A program made the position numbers and the translations under genes. Below, piece after piece: positions 20,654-30,867 of a stretch of 64,000 nucleotides of DNA. Location: positions 752 to 64,751 of the forward strand of contig CAYPYS010000006.1 in NCBI GenBank assembly GCA_964415355.1. Direction: 5' to 3'. Under the pieces are notes generated by a model. That model was not told where the DNA came from, made no database searches, and saw only the letters and a list, made by a program, of their open reading frames with translations. This DNA is from an uncultured Planctomycetia bacterium (GTDB lineage Bacteria; Omnitrophota; Gorgyraeia; Gorgyraeales; Gorgyraeaceae). The stretch's first letter is position 1. Every line of letters starts with the position of its first letter.

Positions 20654-21346
20654 ATGAAGCTGTCGATAATAATACCTGTTTTTAATGAGAAAGATACGAT
20701 TCTTCCGGTTCTTGATAAGATCCAAAAGGCCTATTCTGGAGAAAAAGAGATAATTATAATAGACGATTATTCTAGTGATGGCACAAGGGAGTTGCTGACC
20801 GAATATTGCAGCAGGCGCGATCATATACGTTTGAGTTTCAACGAAGCAAATTACGGAAAAGGCAGAAGCATACGAAATGGATTGTTGCATGCGACCGGTG
20901 ATTTCGTAGTAATACAGGATGCGGATTTAGAGCTCGATCCAAGTGAATACAATAAATTAATAGCTTTTGGCGTAGAAGAAAAAGGGTCTGATGTAGTATT
21001 TGGTTCGAGGTTTCTCGAGTCAAAAAAAGGAAATGTACCTATAAACAGAGTGGCTGCGAATAAGATACTCACTTCCATGATCAATATCTTGTATGGCAGC
21101 AGGTTAACGGATATCATGACCTGTTATAAATTGATAAAGAGAGACGTGTTTTTGTCGTTGGGCCTGAAATGCGATAGGTTTGATATAGAGGCAGAGATAA
21201 CGTGCAAACTCCTCAAAAAAGGCATTGGAATATCAGAGGTACCAATAGATTATAATCCAAGAAGTTGGGAACAAGGAAAGAAGATACGGGCCAAAGATTT
21301 TTTCAATGTAAGTAAAGCTATTTTTAAATACAGATTTTCAGATTAA
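20654..21346 (+). CDS. GT2 polyprenol-phosphate glycosyltransferase (DPM1-like)
   Basis: IIIPVFNE, DDYSSDGT, NYGKG, IQDADLE and GSRF. The ORF-track N-terminus MLKCKLK is read from the repeat. Confidence 0.88.
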   Translation: MKLSIIIPVFNEKDTILPVLDKIQKAYSGEKEIIIIDDYSSDGTRELLTEYCSRRDHIRLSFNEANYGKGRSIRNGLLHATGDFVVIQDADLELDPSEYNKLIAFGVEEKGSDVVFGSRFLESKKGNVPINRVAANKILTSMINILYGSRLTDIMTCYKLIKRDVFLSLGLKCDRFDIEAEITCKLLKKGIGISEVPIDYNPRSWEQGKKIRAKDFFNVSKAIFKYRFSD

Positions 21347-21366
21347 AAGGATATAGAGTGTAAGTT

Positions 21367-22785
21367 ATGCTATTCAATTCTTTACAATTTGCCGGATTCT
21401 TCATTATAGTCTATTGCCTTTATTTAGCTATGAATCATAAATGGCAAAACAGAATGCTTCTTATAGCTAGTTTTATTTTTTATGGCGCATGGGATTGGAG
21501 ATTTCTATTTTTAATGTTCGTTACTATAATCACGGACTATTTCTGTGCACTCAAGATAGACGAATCAAAAGAAGATAAAACAAAAAAAAGATTTTTGTTT
21601 TTAGGGATATTCGTAAACCTGCTTATATTGAGTTTCTTTAAATATTTCAATTTCTTTGCCACGAGTCTCCAGGGGTTATTCGGCTATTTTGGTTTTTCTG
21701 CCAACCCGAAACTTCTCAATATAATACTTCCTGTCGGTATATCTTTTTATACATTTCAGGCGTTGAGCTATATCATAGATGTCTATAGAGGAGATATAAG
21801 ACCTACAAAGAGTCTTAGAGATTGCGCGCTTTTTATTTCTTATTTTCCACAGCTTGTAGCCGGGCCTATCATGAGGGCAAAAGACCTTCTTCCTCAGGTC
21901 ATTAGGCCGAGAAAATTATCACTCGAGAAATTTTATGAAGGATGCTACCTTATTTTCTGGGGCCTTTTTCTGAAGATCTTCGTTGCAGATAATCTGGCAA
22001 CTATAGTAAATCCAGTGTTTGCATCTCAGGGGCCTTACAATGCAGCGAGAGTGCTTATAGCGTTATATGCATTTGCATTTCAGATATACTGTGATTTTGC
22101 AGGGTATTCCAATATAGCCAGGGGCCTTGGTAAGTGCATGGGGTTTGATATTATGGTTAACTTTAATCTACCGTATTTTGCTACTAACCCCAGTGATTTT
22201 TGGAAAAGGTGGCACATAAGCTTATCAACTTGGCTTAGGGATTACTTGTATATACCTTTAGGAGGCAACAGGGTATCTGGATTTATTACTTATAGGAATC
22301 TGGCAATAACTATGCTCTTGGGTGGCCTTTGGCATGGAGCTGCATGGACATTTGTTATCTGGGGGGCTTATCATGGCTTGTTGCTTATCATACATAGATC
22401 GCTTAAACCAGTACTTGCAAAACTCCCTGTCCCCAGGAATCCCGTTTTGGAAAGGGCATGGTTTTTTCTGCGCGTTATTTTCTTTTTTCACTTTACCTGC
22501 CTGGGTTGGTTGATCTTCAGGGCTGAATCTGCAGGGCAGATATTTAGTATGCTCGGTAGCTTTGTTTCTGGTTTTAATCTTGGTTCGAATATGGGTCTTT
22601 TTAGCCTAGTCCGATTGATCTGGTTACTGACATTAGTACAATTTATCCAGTTTATAAGGAGGGATAAGATGGTTATATATAGATCAGGGGTAATAGTTAA
22701 AGCAGCATTTTATATAGTCTGTTTTTATTCTATGATAATATTTGGAGTAAATAGTGGAAAAGAATTTATCTACTTTCAATTTTAA
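21367..22785 (+). CDS. MBOAT family polysaccharide O-acetyltransferase (AlgI/DltB-like)
   Basis: LPVGISFYTFQ, FPQLVAGPI, DFAGYS, FWKRWHISLS, GLWHGA and the C-terminal FIYFQF. Confidence 0.93.
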   Translation: MLFNSLQFAGFFIIVYCLYLAMNHKWQNRMLLIASFIFYGAWDWRFLFLMFVTIITDYFCALKIDESKEDKTKKRFLFLGIFVNLLILSFFKYFNFFATSLQGLFGYFGFSANPKLLNIILPVGISFYTFQALSYIIDVYRGDIRPTKSLRDCALFISYFPQLVAGPIMRAKDLLPQVIRPRKLSLEKFYEGCYLIFWGLFLKIFVADNLATIVNPVFASQGPYNAARVLIALYAFAFQIYCDFAGYSNIARGLGKCMGFDIMVNFNLPYFATNPSDFWKRWHISLSTWLRDYLYIPLGGNRVSGFITYRNLAITMLLGGLWHGAAWTFVIWGAYHGLLLIIHRSLKPVLAKLPVPRNPVLERAWFFLRVIFFFHFTCLGWLIFRAESAGQIFSMLGSFVSGFNLGSNMGLFSLVRLIWLLTLVQFIQFIRRDKMVIYRSGVIVKAAFYIVCFYSMIIFGVNSGKEFIYFQF

Positions 22786-23929
22786 GAGATTGCCAGGCGC
22801 ATTTCTTATTGCACTTTCGATTATAGTTATTGTTTATTTTGTCGAGATCTTTATATTGCCAATTAACTTTTTTACTTTTAGAACCTGGGAGGCCTTAATG
22901 GTAAAAGGCCTTCTTCCCGGAGAATTTTATCCTAATATGAAGATATCGATGATTGAAACAGGAGACTTGGGACATCATACTAAATTTGCTGTAGAGAAAG
23001 AAGTAGAGTGGGAGACTGATCGTTATGGATATAGGAAACACGATATAGGAACAATTAGACATCGAATAGTAATTCTTGGAGATTCTGCTGTAGCAGGAAC
23101 AGCGCTTACTCAAGAAGACATGCTTTCAGAGGTTTTGGAGCGAAGACTAAAGGTTAGCGTCTATCCCTTTACTCCTTCTAGGTATCCCCTAGTAGATAGT
23201 TTTTTAAATGAAAAGCGTTTTATTGATAATCCTCCAGATGTAGTCATTCTAGAGAGGATTGAAAAAAAGATACCGGAGTTGTCCGTTTTCAAACTGGATT
23301 TTGAGGCAGGGCACAGATATTCCTGGCTAGAGCGAGGCTGGAAAGATTTTCTAGGCAAACATCAAGATCTTGCAGTATTACTCGACAGGATCTACAAAAA
23401 TAATATGGGTAATTATTTTAAGAGCAGACTCGAAATTATGATCCAGCACCCTGTACAACTGGTTATCAAGCCGAGCCAGAGACATGATTCACCTAGTGCT
23501 GTACGTGGTACAGCAGATAATGGCATGCTCTTTTTGAAAGAGACGGTTGACAGTATGGCTACTGGAATAGATATCTTACCCGAAGACATAGATAGGATCG
23601 CAGAAACCATAGATTCTTATGACAAAGCGTTTAGAAAAATGGGTATTAATTTTGTTTTCATGCCTGTGCCGAACAAGGAGAGTGTTTATTACGAAGAGTT
23701 ACCTATCGAAGATAACAAAAAGCCGAGATTTCTCAAAGACTTGGTCTTGAAATTACGACACAGAGGAGTAGAGGTAATCGATGTGCAGCAGGCTCTTGAG
23801 GAAGCATCTCGAAAAAATAATATCTTGCTTTATCATACAGATGACACGCACTGGAATGCAGAAGGCATAAAGATAGTAGCTGATTTAATCGAGCAAAGGT
23901 TGTACCATATGGGATTTGACTCAAAATGA
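22754..23929 (+). CDS. AlgJ/AlgX-like SGNH O-acetyltransferase
   Basis: N-terminal TM helix, GDS, PVPNKE..Y and DTHWN; lies next to the MBOAT gene. Confidence 0.75.
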   Translation: MEKNLSTFNFKRLPGAFLIALSIIVIVYFVEIFILPINFFTFRTWEALMVKGLLPGEFYPNMKISMIETGDLGHHTKFAVEKEVEWETDRYGYRKHDIGTIRHRIVILGDSAVAGTALTQEDMLSEVLERRLKVSVYPFTPSRYPLVDSFLNEKRFIDNPPDVVILERIEKKIPELSVFKLDFEAGHRYSWLERGWKDFLGKHQDLAVLLDRIYKNNMGNYFKSRLEIMIQHPVQLVIKPSQRHDSPSAVRGTADNGMLFLKETVDSMATGIDILPEDIDRIAETIDSYDKAFRKMGINFVFMPVPNKESVYYEELPIEDNKKPRFLKDLVLKLRHRGVEVIDVQQALEEASRKNNILLYHTDDTHWNAEGIKIVADLIEQRLYHMGFDSK

Positions 23930-25605
23930 CAAGAAGGGAGCACCTGGTGAACAAAAGGACATTTTTGATATGCTTTTTTATTGTGTTGATATTGGCCTCT
24001 TTTCTGAGATTTACCGGACTAAGAGATAGAGGTATATTTTTATGCGACGAAGGCGATTATCTTGCAGGGGGTCGCACGGTCGTAGCTGCACTTGATTTTG
24101 CTTTTAAAAGAATATTCAGTTCAGGAGAAACAGGTATTTCTTTTTCTGAATACCTATCTGAACATGGAGGAGGTTATGCCTCGGCAGTAAAACCTGGATA
24201 TTATCTTCTGGTCGCAATATCTTTTTTGGTAGGAGGCGTACATGATTATTCGGTTCTTTATCTTTCGGCTATATTGGGACTTTTGACTATATTGGTGACG
24301 TCTCTTATAGGGGGGCTTTTGTATAATAGGCGCGTTGCGCTTTATGCTGCTATACTTTTAAGCTTTTCGGTGTACCATATAAATTATTCCCGTTCGACTT
24401 TTTCTGTAGCTGCTGTCGCGTTTTTCCTGTATTTGGGCGTGTATTTCATATTGAAATACTTCAAGGATCTTAAGGCTTCGCATAAAGATAATCCTGTGAG
24501 TTTGATATTAGGCGGGTTTGCTCTGGGTTATTCGTTTTCGTGTCATTATAATTTGTTAGCAACTATAGGCATTATGTTTTTGATCTGCGGATTCTTTTTA
24601 TTTAAATATTCAAAATTAGGTCGCTTAAAACATCTTATCGTATCATTTATTACCCCTCTTGTTTTGCTGGAAATACCTTATTGGGCAGTGAAATATCTGA
24701 CTAGAGGGATGACTGGGGTCACGACAGGCAAGCCATATGCCATAAAGAGTTATTTTGAGCAACTCACTTTTATTTTCAATAAAACGTTTTTTTATACCAA
24801 TAGACCTCAGGCCCCGTTTTTTTCTTATACTGATTTATTGCTTAAGACAGAAGGCGCAGTGGTTGTTTTATTATTTTTGGTAAGTTGTATTTTTATTATT
24901 AAGCGGGATTGGTTTAGAAGAGAAACGGCAGGAGCAGTTTTTTTATTTACCATGGGCCCCCTTATGTTTGTCTTTTTTTCCATGCTTGGCGAAAAAGCAC
25001 CGCGTACCATATTATCTGTTATACCGGCTTTTTGTGTAATAGCGGCGTTATTCCTGGCCGATTTTGAAAAAAGAGTCATTAAGATATTTAAAAACAGATA
25101 TATTGGTTATGGGCTTTTGGTTTTGCCTGTATGGCTTTGTATTATTTTTAGCCAGTTTTTCAATTCCCTCGATTATATAAAATTCAGGTCTCCTTATGTA
25201 AAGGCAATAGAGTTCATAAAAAGACAAGGTGATTATAAACATTTTTCAACCAGTCCGCCTGTTTCAGTGTTTTATGCTGGACTTAAGAATGCAAGTCCTT
25301 ATTGGGATATGAAACTGGAAGAGGCAAAGAGATTATATAGTAAAGAGGGCTATAGGTTTCTTATATTAGAGGTAGGGGAAGAAGGGCAGAGATATAGACA
25401 TGAGCTAGTAGATGTAGTTCTTAGGTCTGGCGTAAGGCCTGCGTTTGAAATTTTCTATAATCCTTTGCCGCTTGCACTGGAAGATCTTTTTTTCTATACA
25501 TATAAAAAAGGAGAGCCGGTTATTATTTATCATAGATACGAGAAAGATAAGCCCGGAGTTTATCCGAGTGTAAGAGTGATAGACCTTAAAGATATATTCG
25601 GATAG
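23926..25605 (+). CDS. GT-C (ArnT/PMT-like) membrane glycosyltransferase
   Basis: DE motif after TM1, KPGY and many TM segments. Confidence 0.7.
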   Translation: MTRREHLVNKRTFLICFFIVLILASFLRFTGLRDRGIFLCDEGDYLAGGRTVVAALDFAFKRIFSSGETGISFSEYLSEHGGGYASAVKPGYYLLVAISFLVGGVHDYSVLYLSAILGLLTILVTSLIGGLLYNRRVALYAAILLSFSVYHINYSRSTFSVAAVAFFLYLGVYFILKYFKDLKASHKDNPVSLILGGFALGYSFSCHYNLLATIGIMFLICGFFLFKYSKLGRLKHLIVSFITPLVLLEIPYWAVKYLTRGMTGVTTGKPYAIKSYFEQLTFIFNKTFFYTNRPQAPFFSYTDLLLKTEGAVVVLLFLVSCIFIIKRDWFRRETAGAVFLFTMGPLMFVFFSMLGEKAPRTILSVIPAFCVIAALFLADFEKRVIKIFKNRYIGYGLLVLPVWLCIIFSQFFNSLDYIKFRSPYVKAIEFIKRQGDYKHFSTSPPVSVFYAGLKNASPYWDMKLEEAKRLYSKEGYRFLILEVGEEGQRYRHELVDVVLRSGVRPAFEIFYNPLPLALEDLFFYTYKKGEPVIIYHRYEKDKPGVYPSVRVIDLKDIFG

Positions 25606-25613
25606 GAGTTTTT

Positions 25614-26309
25614 ATGCATGATTATGACGAGTCTTGGAGTCAATGGCTAGATTGCGAAAAATACGGACCTACGTTGCGTCATCAAAGAAGAAATATAGAA
25701 TTTCTTTTAAAGGATCTTGATTATAAGTCTATCTTGGATGTAGGTAGCGGTAGCGGCGATAATCTGTATCATATGCTGAATGCTAAGAAGGTCGAAGACG
25801 TATGTCTTATAGATGTTTCTTCCAAGGCTTTGGCTAGAGCAAGGACATTGGTACCTGGAGCCAGGCTTGTCCAGCTGGATATACAGAAAGAGAGCGTTGA
25901 TCGTAGGTTTGATATGGTTCTTTGTTGTGATGTATTGGAGCATATACCTAATGATGCAGCTGCATTAAAGAATATAAGAAATATGTCAGATAAATACTTT
26001 GTGCTTTCCACCCTTTCTGGAAAAATGCGCGAATCAGAAAAGCATGTTGGACATGTAAGAAATTACACGTTGGATGGTCTTTTGAGTAAATTAAAAGAAG
26101 CTCGCTTTAAGCCAGTGAAGGTGATAAGGTGGGGATTTCCTTTTTATTCGCCGTTATATCGCAATCTCTGGAATAGATTGCCTCAAGAAATAAATTATGG
26201 AAAATTTGGCTGGTTCAGAAGAGTATGCGCGCAGATGTTATATCTTTTATTTATATTGAATTCTAGGACAAAAGGAGACTACCTTTTTATTTTATGCGAA
26301 TCAGTCTAA
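25614..26309 (+). CDS. Class I SAM-dependent methyltransferase
   Basis: LDVGSGSG, DVLEHI and GHVRNY. Confidence 0.85.
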   Translation: MHDYDESWSQWLDCEKYGPTLRHQRRNIEFLLKDLDYKSILDVGSGSGDNLYHMLNAKKVEDVCLIDVSSKALARARTLVPGARLVQLDIQKESVDRRFDMVLCCDVLEHIPNDAAALKNIRNMSDKYFVLSTLSGKMRESEKHVGHVRNYTLDGLLSKLKEARFKPVKVIRWGFPFYSPLYRNLWNRLPQEINYGKFGWFRRVCAQMLYLLFILNSRTKGDYLFILCESV

Positions 26310-26350
26310 GATAAGTTTACATTTTAACGTTGTTGAAATGTAAACTTAAG
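26310..26350 (+). repeat. Family A palindrome (GTT loop)
   Basis: GATAAGTTTACATTTTAAC gtt GTTGAAATGTAAACTTAAG, directly after the upstream stop. Confidence 0.95.
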
Positions 26351-26378
26351 CGAAAGAGGGATAGCAATAGGAGATGAT

Positions 26379-27074
26379 ATGAAACAAAGATGGCAGAAGA
26401 TGACGGATGGTCTCATTGGAAAAAGGGAATATTTTTTGATAGATACTACGATCTATAGTTTTTACAAGGAGATCACGCGTTATATAGATAAATACGTGAA
26501 AGGCGATGTCCTGGATGCAGGGGCAGGCAGGCTTGCTTTTAAGTATTTGTTAACAGGAAAAGCAAAGAGATATTATGCCATGGATAAATATATTGCCAGG
26601 CAGGGACTGGACATAGTAGGTGACTTGAACTCAAGCCCTTTTAAGAAGCATGCATTCGATACTATAACATGCCTTCAAGTGATAGAGCATGCTAAAGATC
26701 CGGTAAGTATTATAGAGAATCTGGCGGATTCATTGAAAGACAATGGCGTGCTTATAATTTCAGCACCGCATGTCTCATATTTACATAGCGAACCAGAGGA
26801 TTATTATAGATACACGAAGTATGGATTGCATCATATTGCTGAAAAAAACGGGCTTGAGGTACTGGGGATCAGCGTAGCAGGAAGCATATTCGGTTTTTTG
26901 TTTACTCCTATATCGGATTTTTTGCTCTCATATACATATAAGGTGCCGGTAATATTTAATTTAGTATTTTTTGTGAATAGCCTTTTTGTGCGCTCTATAT
27001 GTAAGCTGGACGAGTGGTTTTTTAGAAATTGCATCATGCCGACTAATTATATCATGGTGGCGAGAAAAAAATAA
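26379..27074 (+). CDS. Class I SAM-dependent methyltransferase
   Basis: VLDAGAG, QVIEHA and HSEPEDYYRYT. Confidence 0.85.
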   Translation: MKQRWQKMTDGLIGKREYFLIDTTIYSFYKEITRYIDKYVKGDVLDAGAGRLAFKYLLTGKAKRYYAMDKYIARQGLDIVGDLNSSPFKKHAFDTITCLQVIEHAKDPVSIIENLADSLKDNGVLIISAPHVSYLHSEPEDYYRYTKYGLHHIAEKNGLEVLGISVAGSIFGFLFTPISDFLLSYTYKVPVIFNLVFFVNSLFVRSICKLDEWFFRNCIMPTNYIMVARKK

Positions 27075-27094
27075 CCTTAAGAAATTATCGTAGG

Positions 27095-28585
27095 ATGAAG
27101 ATTACACTTTTTTGCATAGGTTCGAATTTTACATGTATAGGCCCCAGGAGGATATCTTCTTATTTGAGGTCGAAGGGAATAAAGGTCAAGATAGTTTTTG
27201 TCCAAACAGATCGTAATCTTAAGATTTTACTTGAAGGAGATTGCAAGAAAGATTTGCTGGGCATGGTAAAGGATGATATAGCTGTGGGCATGTCTTTTAC
27301 TTCTAATTACCTAAATGTTGCCGAGACCTTGACCGCGTTAATAAAAAAGCATATGCCTATCCCGGTAATTTGGGGCGGGGTGCATGCGACTGTTTCTCCG
27401 GAGGAGTCACTTAATGTTTGCGATGCTGTTTGTCTGGGAGAAGGAGAAGATCCGATCTTAGAATTTCTTGAGGGTGGAGCCGATATAAAGGGTAATAACC
27501 GGATAGATAATATATGGCTGAGATCGGGTGATCAGATAATAAAGAATAAACAGAGGCCGCTAAGAGTCAATCTCGATCGATTACCTTATCAGGATTACGA
27601 CATCGAAAATCACTTTATTTTAGAAAATCAGCGTCTAAGACATCTCCAGCGTAACGACCTGAAGAGAAATTACGGTTTTTCTCTTACGCGAATGATGACA
27701 TTCGGCTGTCCCTTCAGTTGCACGTATTGCGTAAACAGCAGATATAAATCATTGGATAAGGGAAATTCAAGAATAAGGTCCTATTCAGTGGACTATTTTA
27801 TAGGAGAGACAAAGGATATTTTAAATAGATTACCTTTTATTAGCTACTTACTGTTTGACGACGATGCCTTTTTAAGCTTATCCTCAAATGCCATTGAAGA
27901 ATTTTGCCAGAAATACAAAAGAGAGATAGGGCTACCGTTTGGCATAGGTGGCATAAAAGCCGAGATGGTAAAAAAAGAAAAACTTGCACCGTTAGTGGAG
28001 GCGGGGTTGATAACAGTAAGGATGGGAATTCAAACTGCTAGCGAGAAAACAAACAGGAATATTTTTCACAGGCAGTTCTCTAGAGAAGAAAACTTGAAGG
28101 CTGTTCAGACATTCAAATCGTTAGGAAAAAAGATAAGGCCTCCTTTTTATGATCTTATTTTGGATAATCCATGGGAAGATACTGATGATAAATTGGAGAC
28201 CCTAGATTTTTTTAGGTCGCTTCCGCTACCCTATTTTTTAAATGTTTTTTCTTTAACTTTTTTTCCCGGGACAGAGTTGTATAAAAGGGCATTGACAGAG
28301 AGACTGATAGGCAATTATGACCCCTATAGGCATTATCATGATTTCAAGAAGACATATTTAAATCTCATGATATTATTTTCGAGTCTTTTCAAGCTACCAG
28401 ACAGTTTATATAAAAGGCTCGCCAGATCAAAAAGAATAAGGAATCAAATTAAGGAGTACCCATTTTTTTATTATATCTACAAGACCTTTGATTTATTATT
28501 TCGTTTAATGTCATATTATACTAACCGTAGATTCATTGCTGTACATATGTGCAAGAGGAGGACGTCCTATGAAACGCAATCCTGA
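27095..28585 (+). CDS. B12-binding domain radical SAM protein
   Basis: IWGGVHAT, GEGE, GCPFSCTYC and FDDD. Confidence 0.88.
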   Translation: MKITLFCIGSNFTCIGPRRISSYLRSKGIKVKIVFVQTDRNLKILLEGDCKKDLLGMVKDDIAVGMSFTSNYLNVAETLTALIKKHMPIPVIWGGVHATVSPEESLNVCDAVCLGEGEDPILEFLEGGADIKGNNRIDNIWLRSGDQIIKNKQRPLRVNLDRLPYQDYDIENHFILENQRLRHLQRNDLKRNYGFSLTRMMTFGCPFSCTYCVNSRYKSLDKGNSRIRSYSVDYFIGETKDILNRLPFISYLLFDDDAFLSLSSNAIEEFCQKYKREIGLPFGIGGIKAEMVKKEKLAPLVEAGLITVRMGIQTASEKTNRNIFHRQFSREENLKAVQTFKSLGKKIRPPFYDLILDNPWEDTDDKLETLDFFRSLPLPYFLNVFSLTFFPGTELYKRALTERLIGNYDPYRHYHDFKKTYLNLMILFSSLFKLPDSLYKRLARSKRIRNQIKEYPFFYYIYKTFDLLFRLMSYYTNRRFIAVHMCKRRTSYETQS

Positions 28586-29756
28586 TTTTGAAAATAGAGA
28601 AATAGAGGTATCGGTTGTCATGCCTTGTCTCAATGAAGAAGACACTATTGGGATATGTATCGAGAAGACTAAAAAGGCATTTATCGAGCACAGTATAAAG
28701 GGCGAGATAATTGTTTCTGATAATGGCTCTAGCGATAGGTCTGTAGAGATATCCACGAGATCGGGTGCTAGGGTCGTACACCAGCCATTAAGAGGTTATG
28801 GAAATGCATATATAAAAGGGATAGAGAGCGCAAGAGGAAAATATATAATCATGGGTGATGCGGATAATACCTATGATTTTTCAGAGATCCATAAATTTAT
28901 AGAGCCCTTGAGAAAAGGTGCTGATATGGTTATGGGGTCGCGGTTGAAGGGGAAGATATATAAGGGAGCGATGCCTTTTTTGCATCGATATATAGGCAAT
29001 CCTATACTTTCGGGTATCCTTAATCTATTATTTAAGGCAAAGGTTTCTGATTCGCATTGCGGCATGAGGTCTTTTAAAAAAGAAGTATTTAATAAATTGC
29101 GATTAAAGACACCAGGGATGGAATTTGCATCCGAGATGGTAATAAAGGCTGCAAAGGCAAGGATAAAGATAGTGGATATCCCTATATCATATTATCCCAG
29201 AGAAGGCGAATCAAAGCTTAGGACATTCAAAGATGGTTGGCGTCATTTGAAATTTATGCTTTTATTAAGCCCAAAGTATTTATTCTTATTGCCTGGCTCA
29301 TTGATGTTTGCCTTTGGTTTTATTTCTCTTGTCATGCTCGTAAAAGGCCCGATTATAATACGGGGGCATAACTTTGATCTGCACATGATGATCCTTTCAA
29401 GTCTCCTTACTATATCAGGACTTCAGATGCTGTCGCTCGGTTTGTTCACCCAGATATATGCCCACGATCTATTCGATACCAAGAACAGATTTGTTGCGGT
29501 TTTGATAGAATATTTTTCCTTAGAAAGAGGTTTGTATACGGGTTTTTTCCTTCTGGTTATAGGGTTTATGTTCTGCCTGAAGGTTTATTATAATTATTTA
29601 AACGGTATAATAGGGAATTCTATTTATTACAATGCCAGGCTCGCAGTTTTTGGTACTACATTTATGATATCTGGTATTCAGATATTATCGTCATCGTTTT
29701 ATATAAGTTTTTTAGGCACAAGGAAAGAGCATGAAGATTTTAATAATATGCCATGA
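28569..29756 (+). CDS. GT2 polyprenol-phosphate glycosyltransferase with C-terminal TM domain
   Basis: VMPCLNEE, GYGNA, MGDADNTYD and SDSHCGMR. Confidence 0.88.
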   Translation: MKRNPDFENREIEVSVVMPCLNEEDTIGICIEKTKKAFIEHSIKGEIIVSDNGSSDRSVEISTRSGARVVHQPLRGYGNAYIKGIESARGKYIIMGDADNTYDFSEIHKFIEPLRKGADMVMGSRLKGKIYKGAMPFLHRYIGNPILSGILNLLFKAKVSDSHCGMRSFKKEVFNKLRLKTPGMEFASEMVIKAAKARIKIVDIPISYYPREGESKLRTFKDGWRHLKFMLLLSPKYLFLLPGSLMFAFGFISLVMLVKGPIIIRGHNFDLHMMILSSLLTISGLQMLSLGLFTQIYAHDLFDTKNRFVAVLIEYFSLERGLYTGFFLLVIGFMFCLKVYYNYLNGIIGNSIYYNARLAVFGTTFMISGIQILSSSFYISFLGTRKEHEDFNNMP

Positions 29757-30867
29757 GTTCCCTCCGGTAGGAGGAGGTGCAGCCAATGCTACGTTTTATT
29801 TGGCAAAGCACATGGCTGCCAGTCAGCATCAAGTAACAGTGCTTACGTCCAAGTTTAAAAAGGCACGTTATAAAGCACCTGGCTTTGATGTTGTGCGCCT
29901 TCCTGTTCTAAGGAGATATATAGATAGGGCAGCTCCTATAGAATTACTATCTTTTGCTTTATCAGGAATTTTCTATGCCTTGTTTAATATAAGAAAACAG
30001 AAATACGACACATGTCTAGCTATGCATGGTATTCCCAGTGGATGGGTCGCGCTGTTTATTTATAAGATATTCAAGATTCCCTATGTGGTTTCGTTGCGCG
30101 GAGCAGACGTCCCTGGTTTTTTACCTCAAGAGTACGACAGGTTGCATAAAAAAGTAAAAATATTGACTCGAGCGTATTGGAAAAATGCGAAGTCTATTAT
30201 TACCAATAGTCAAGGTTTAAAGGCACTGGCAGAGGTTATCGCCTGCAAGCTAGGAAAGGAAGTAAAGATTATACCAAATGGAGTTGATTGTCAGAAGTTT
30301 AATCCTGATTACTCACTAAGAGATACTAAAAATATAAGATTGCTTTATACCGGCAGGATTACCTTGCAGAAGGGACTAGGACCTTTTATAGAGGCCCTAA
30401 AGCAAGTAGTGGGTAGTATAAAAAATAATTTTAATATGAAGATCATAGGCAATGGTTATTTGAAAAATCATCTTAAGGAGATATCGTCCGAGCTTAGCAG
30501 TAGAGGGACAATAACGTTTTGTGATTGGATGGATAAGCAAAAATTAAGAGAAGAATATAAAAAGGCCCATATATTTGTTCTCCCTTCGCTTTATGAGGGC
30601 ATGTCAAATTCGCTTCTTGAGGCTATGTCTTGCGGATGCATGGCTATAGTAAGTGATATACCGGGTTCGAGGGAGTTAGTCAAAGGATGCAAAAATGGTT
30701 TTGTTTTTAATGTAGGCGATTCATCTAGCCTAAAGGATATATTGATAACGGCGTTAAGCAGAGATGTCGCTGCTATAGAAGAGATGGGCAGACAAAGCAG
30801 GGCAATAGCTCAGGGGTTTGACTGGAATAAGGTATCGGATTTATATATAAAAGAGTTCTATGCGTAA
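29731..30867 (+). CDS. GT4 glycosyltransferase
   Basis: EFPPVGGG and EGMSNSLLEAM. Confidence 0.9.
   Translation: MKILIICHEFPPVGGGAANATFYLAKHMAASQHQVTVLTSKFKKARYKAPGFDVVRLPVLRRYIDRAAPIELLSFALSGIFYALFNIRKQKYDTCLAMHGIPSGWVALFIYKIFKIPYVVSLRGADVPGFLPQEYDRLHKKVKILTRAYWKNAKSIITNSQGLKALAEVIACKLGKEVKIIPNGVDCQKFNPDYSLRDTKNIRLLYTGRITLQKGLGPFIEALKQVVGSIKNNFNMKIIGNGYLKNHLKEISSELSSRGTITFCDWMDKQKLREEYKKAHIFVLPSLYEGMSNSLLEAMSCGCMAIVSDIPGSRELVKGCKNGFVFNVGDSSSLKDILITALSRDVAAIEEMGRQSRAIAQGFDWNKVSDLYIKEFYA

Noticed and set aside
27075-27082. Lone CCTTAAG just after the stop at 27074, as a possible empty site or excision scar of family A
   Set aside because: A 6-7 bp match in AT-rich DNA can arise by chance; it cannot be supported without an orthologous filled site.
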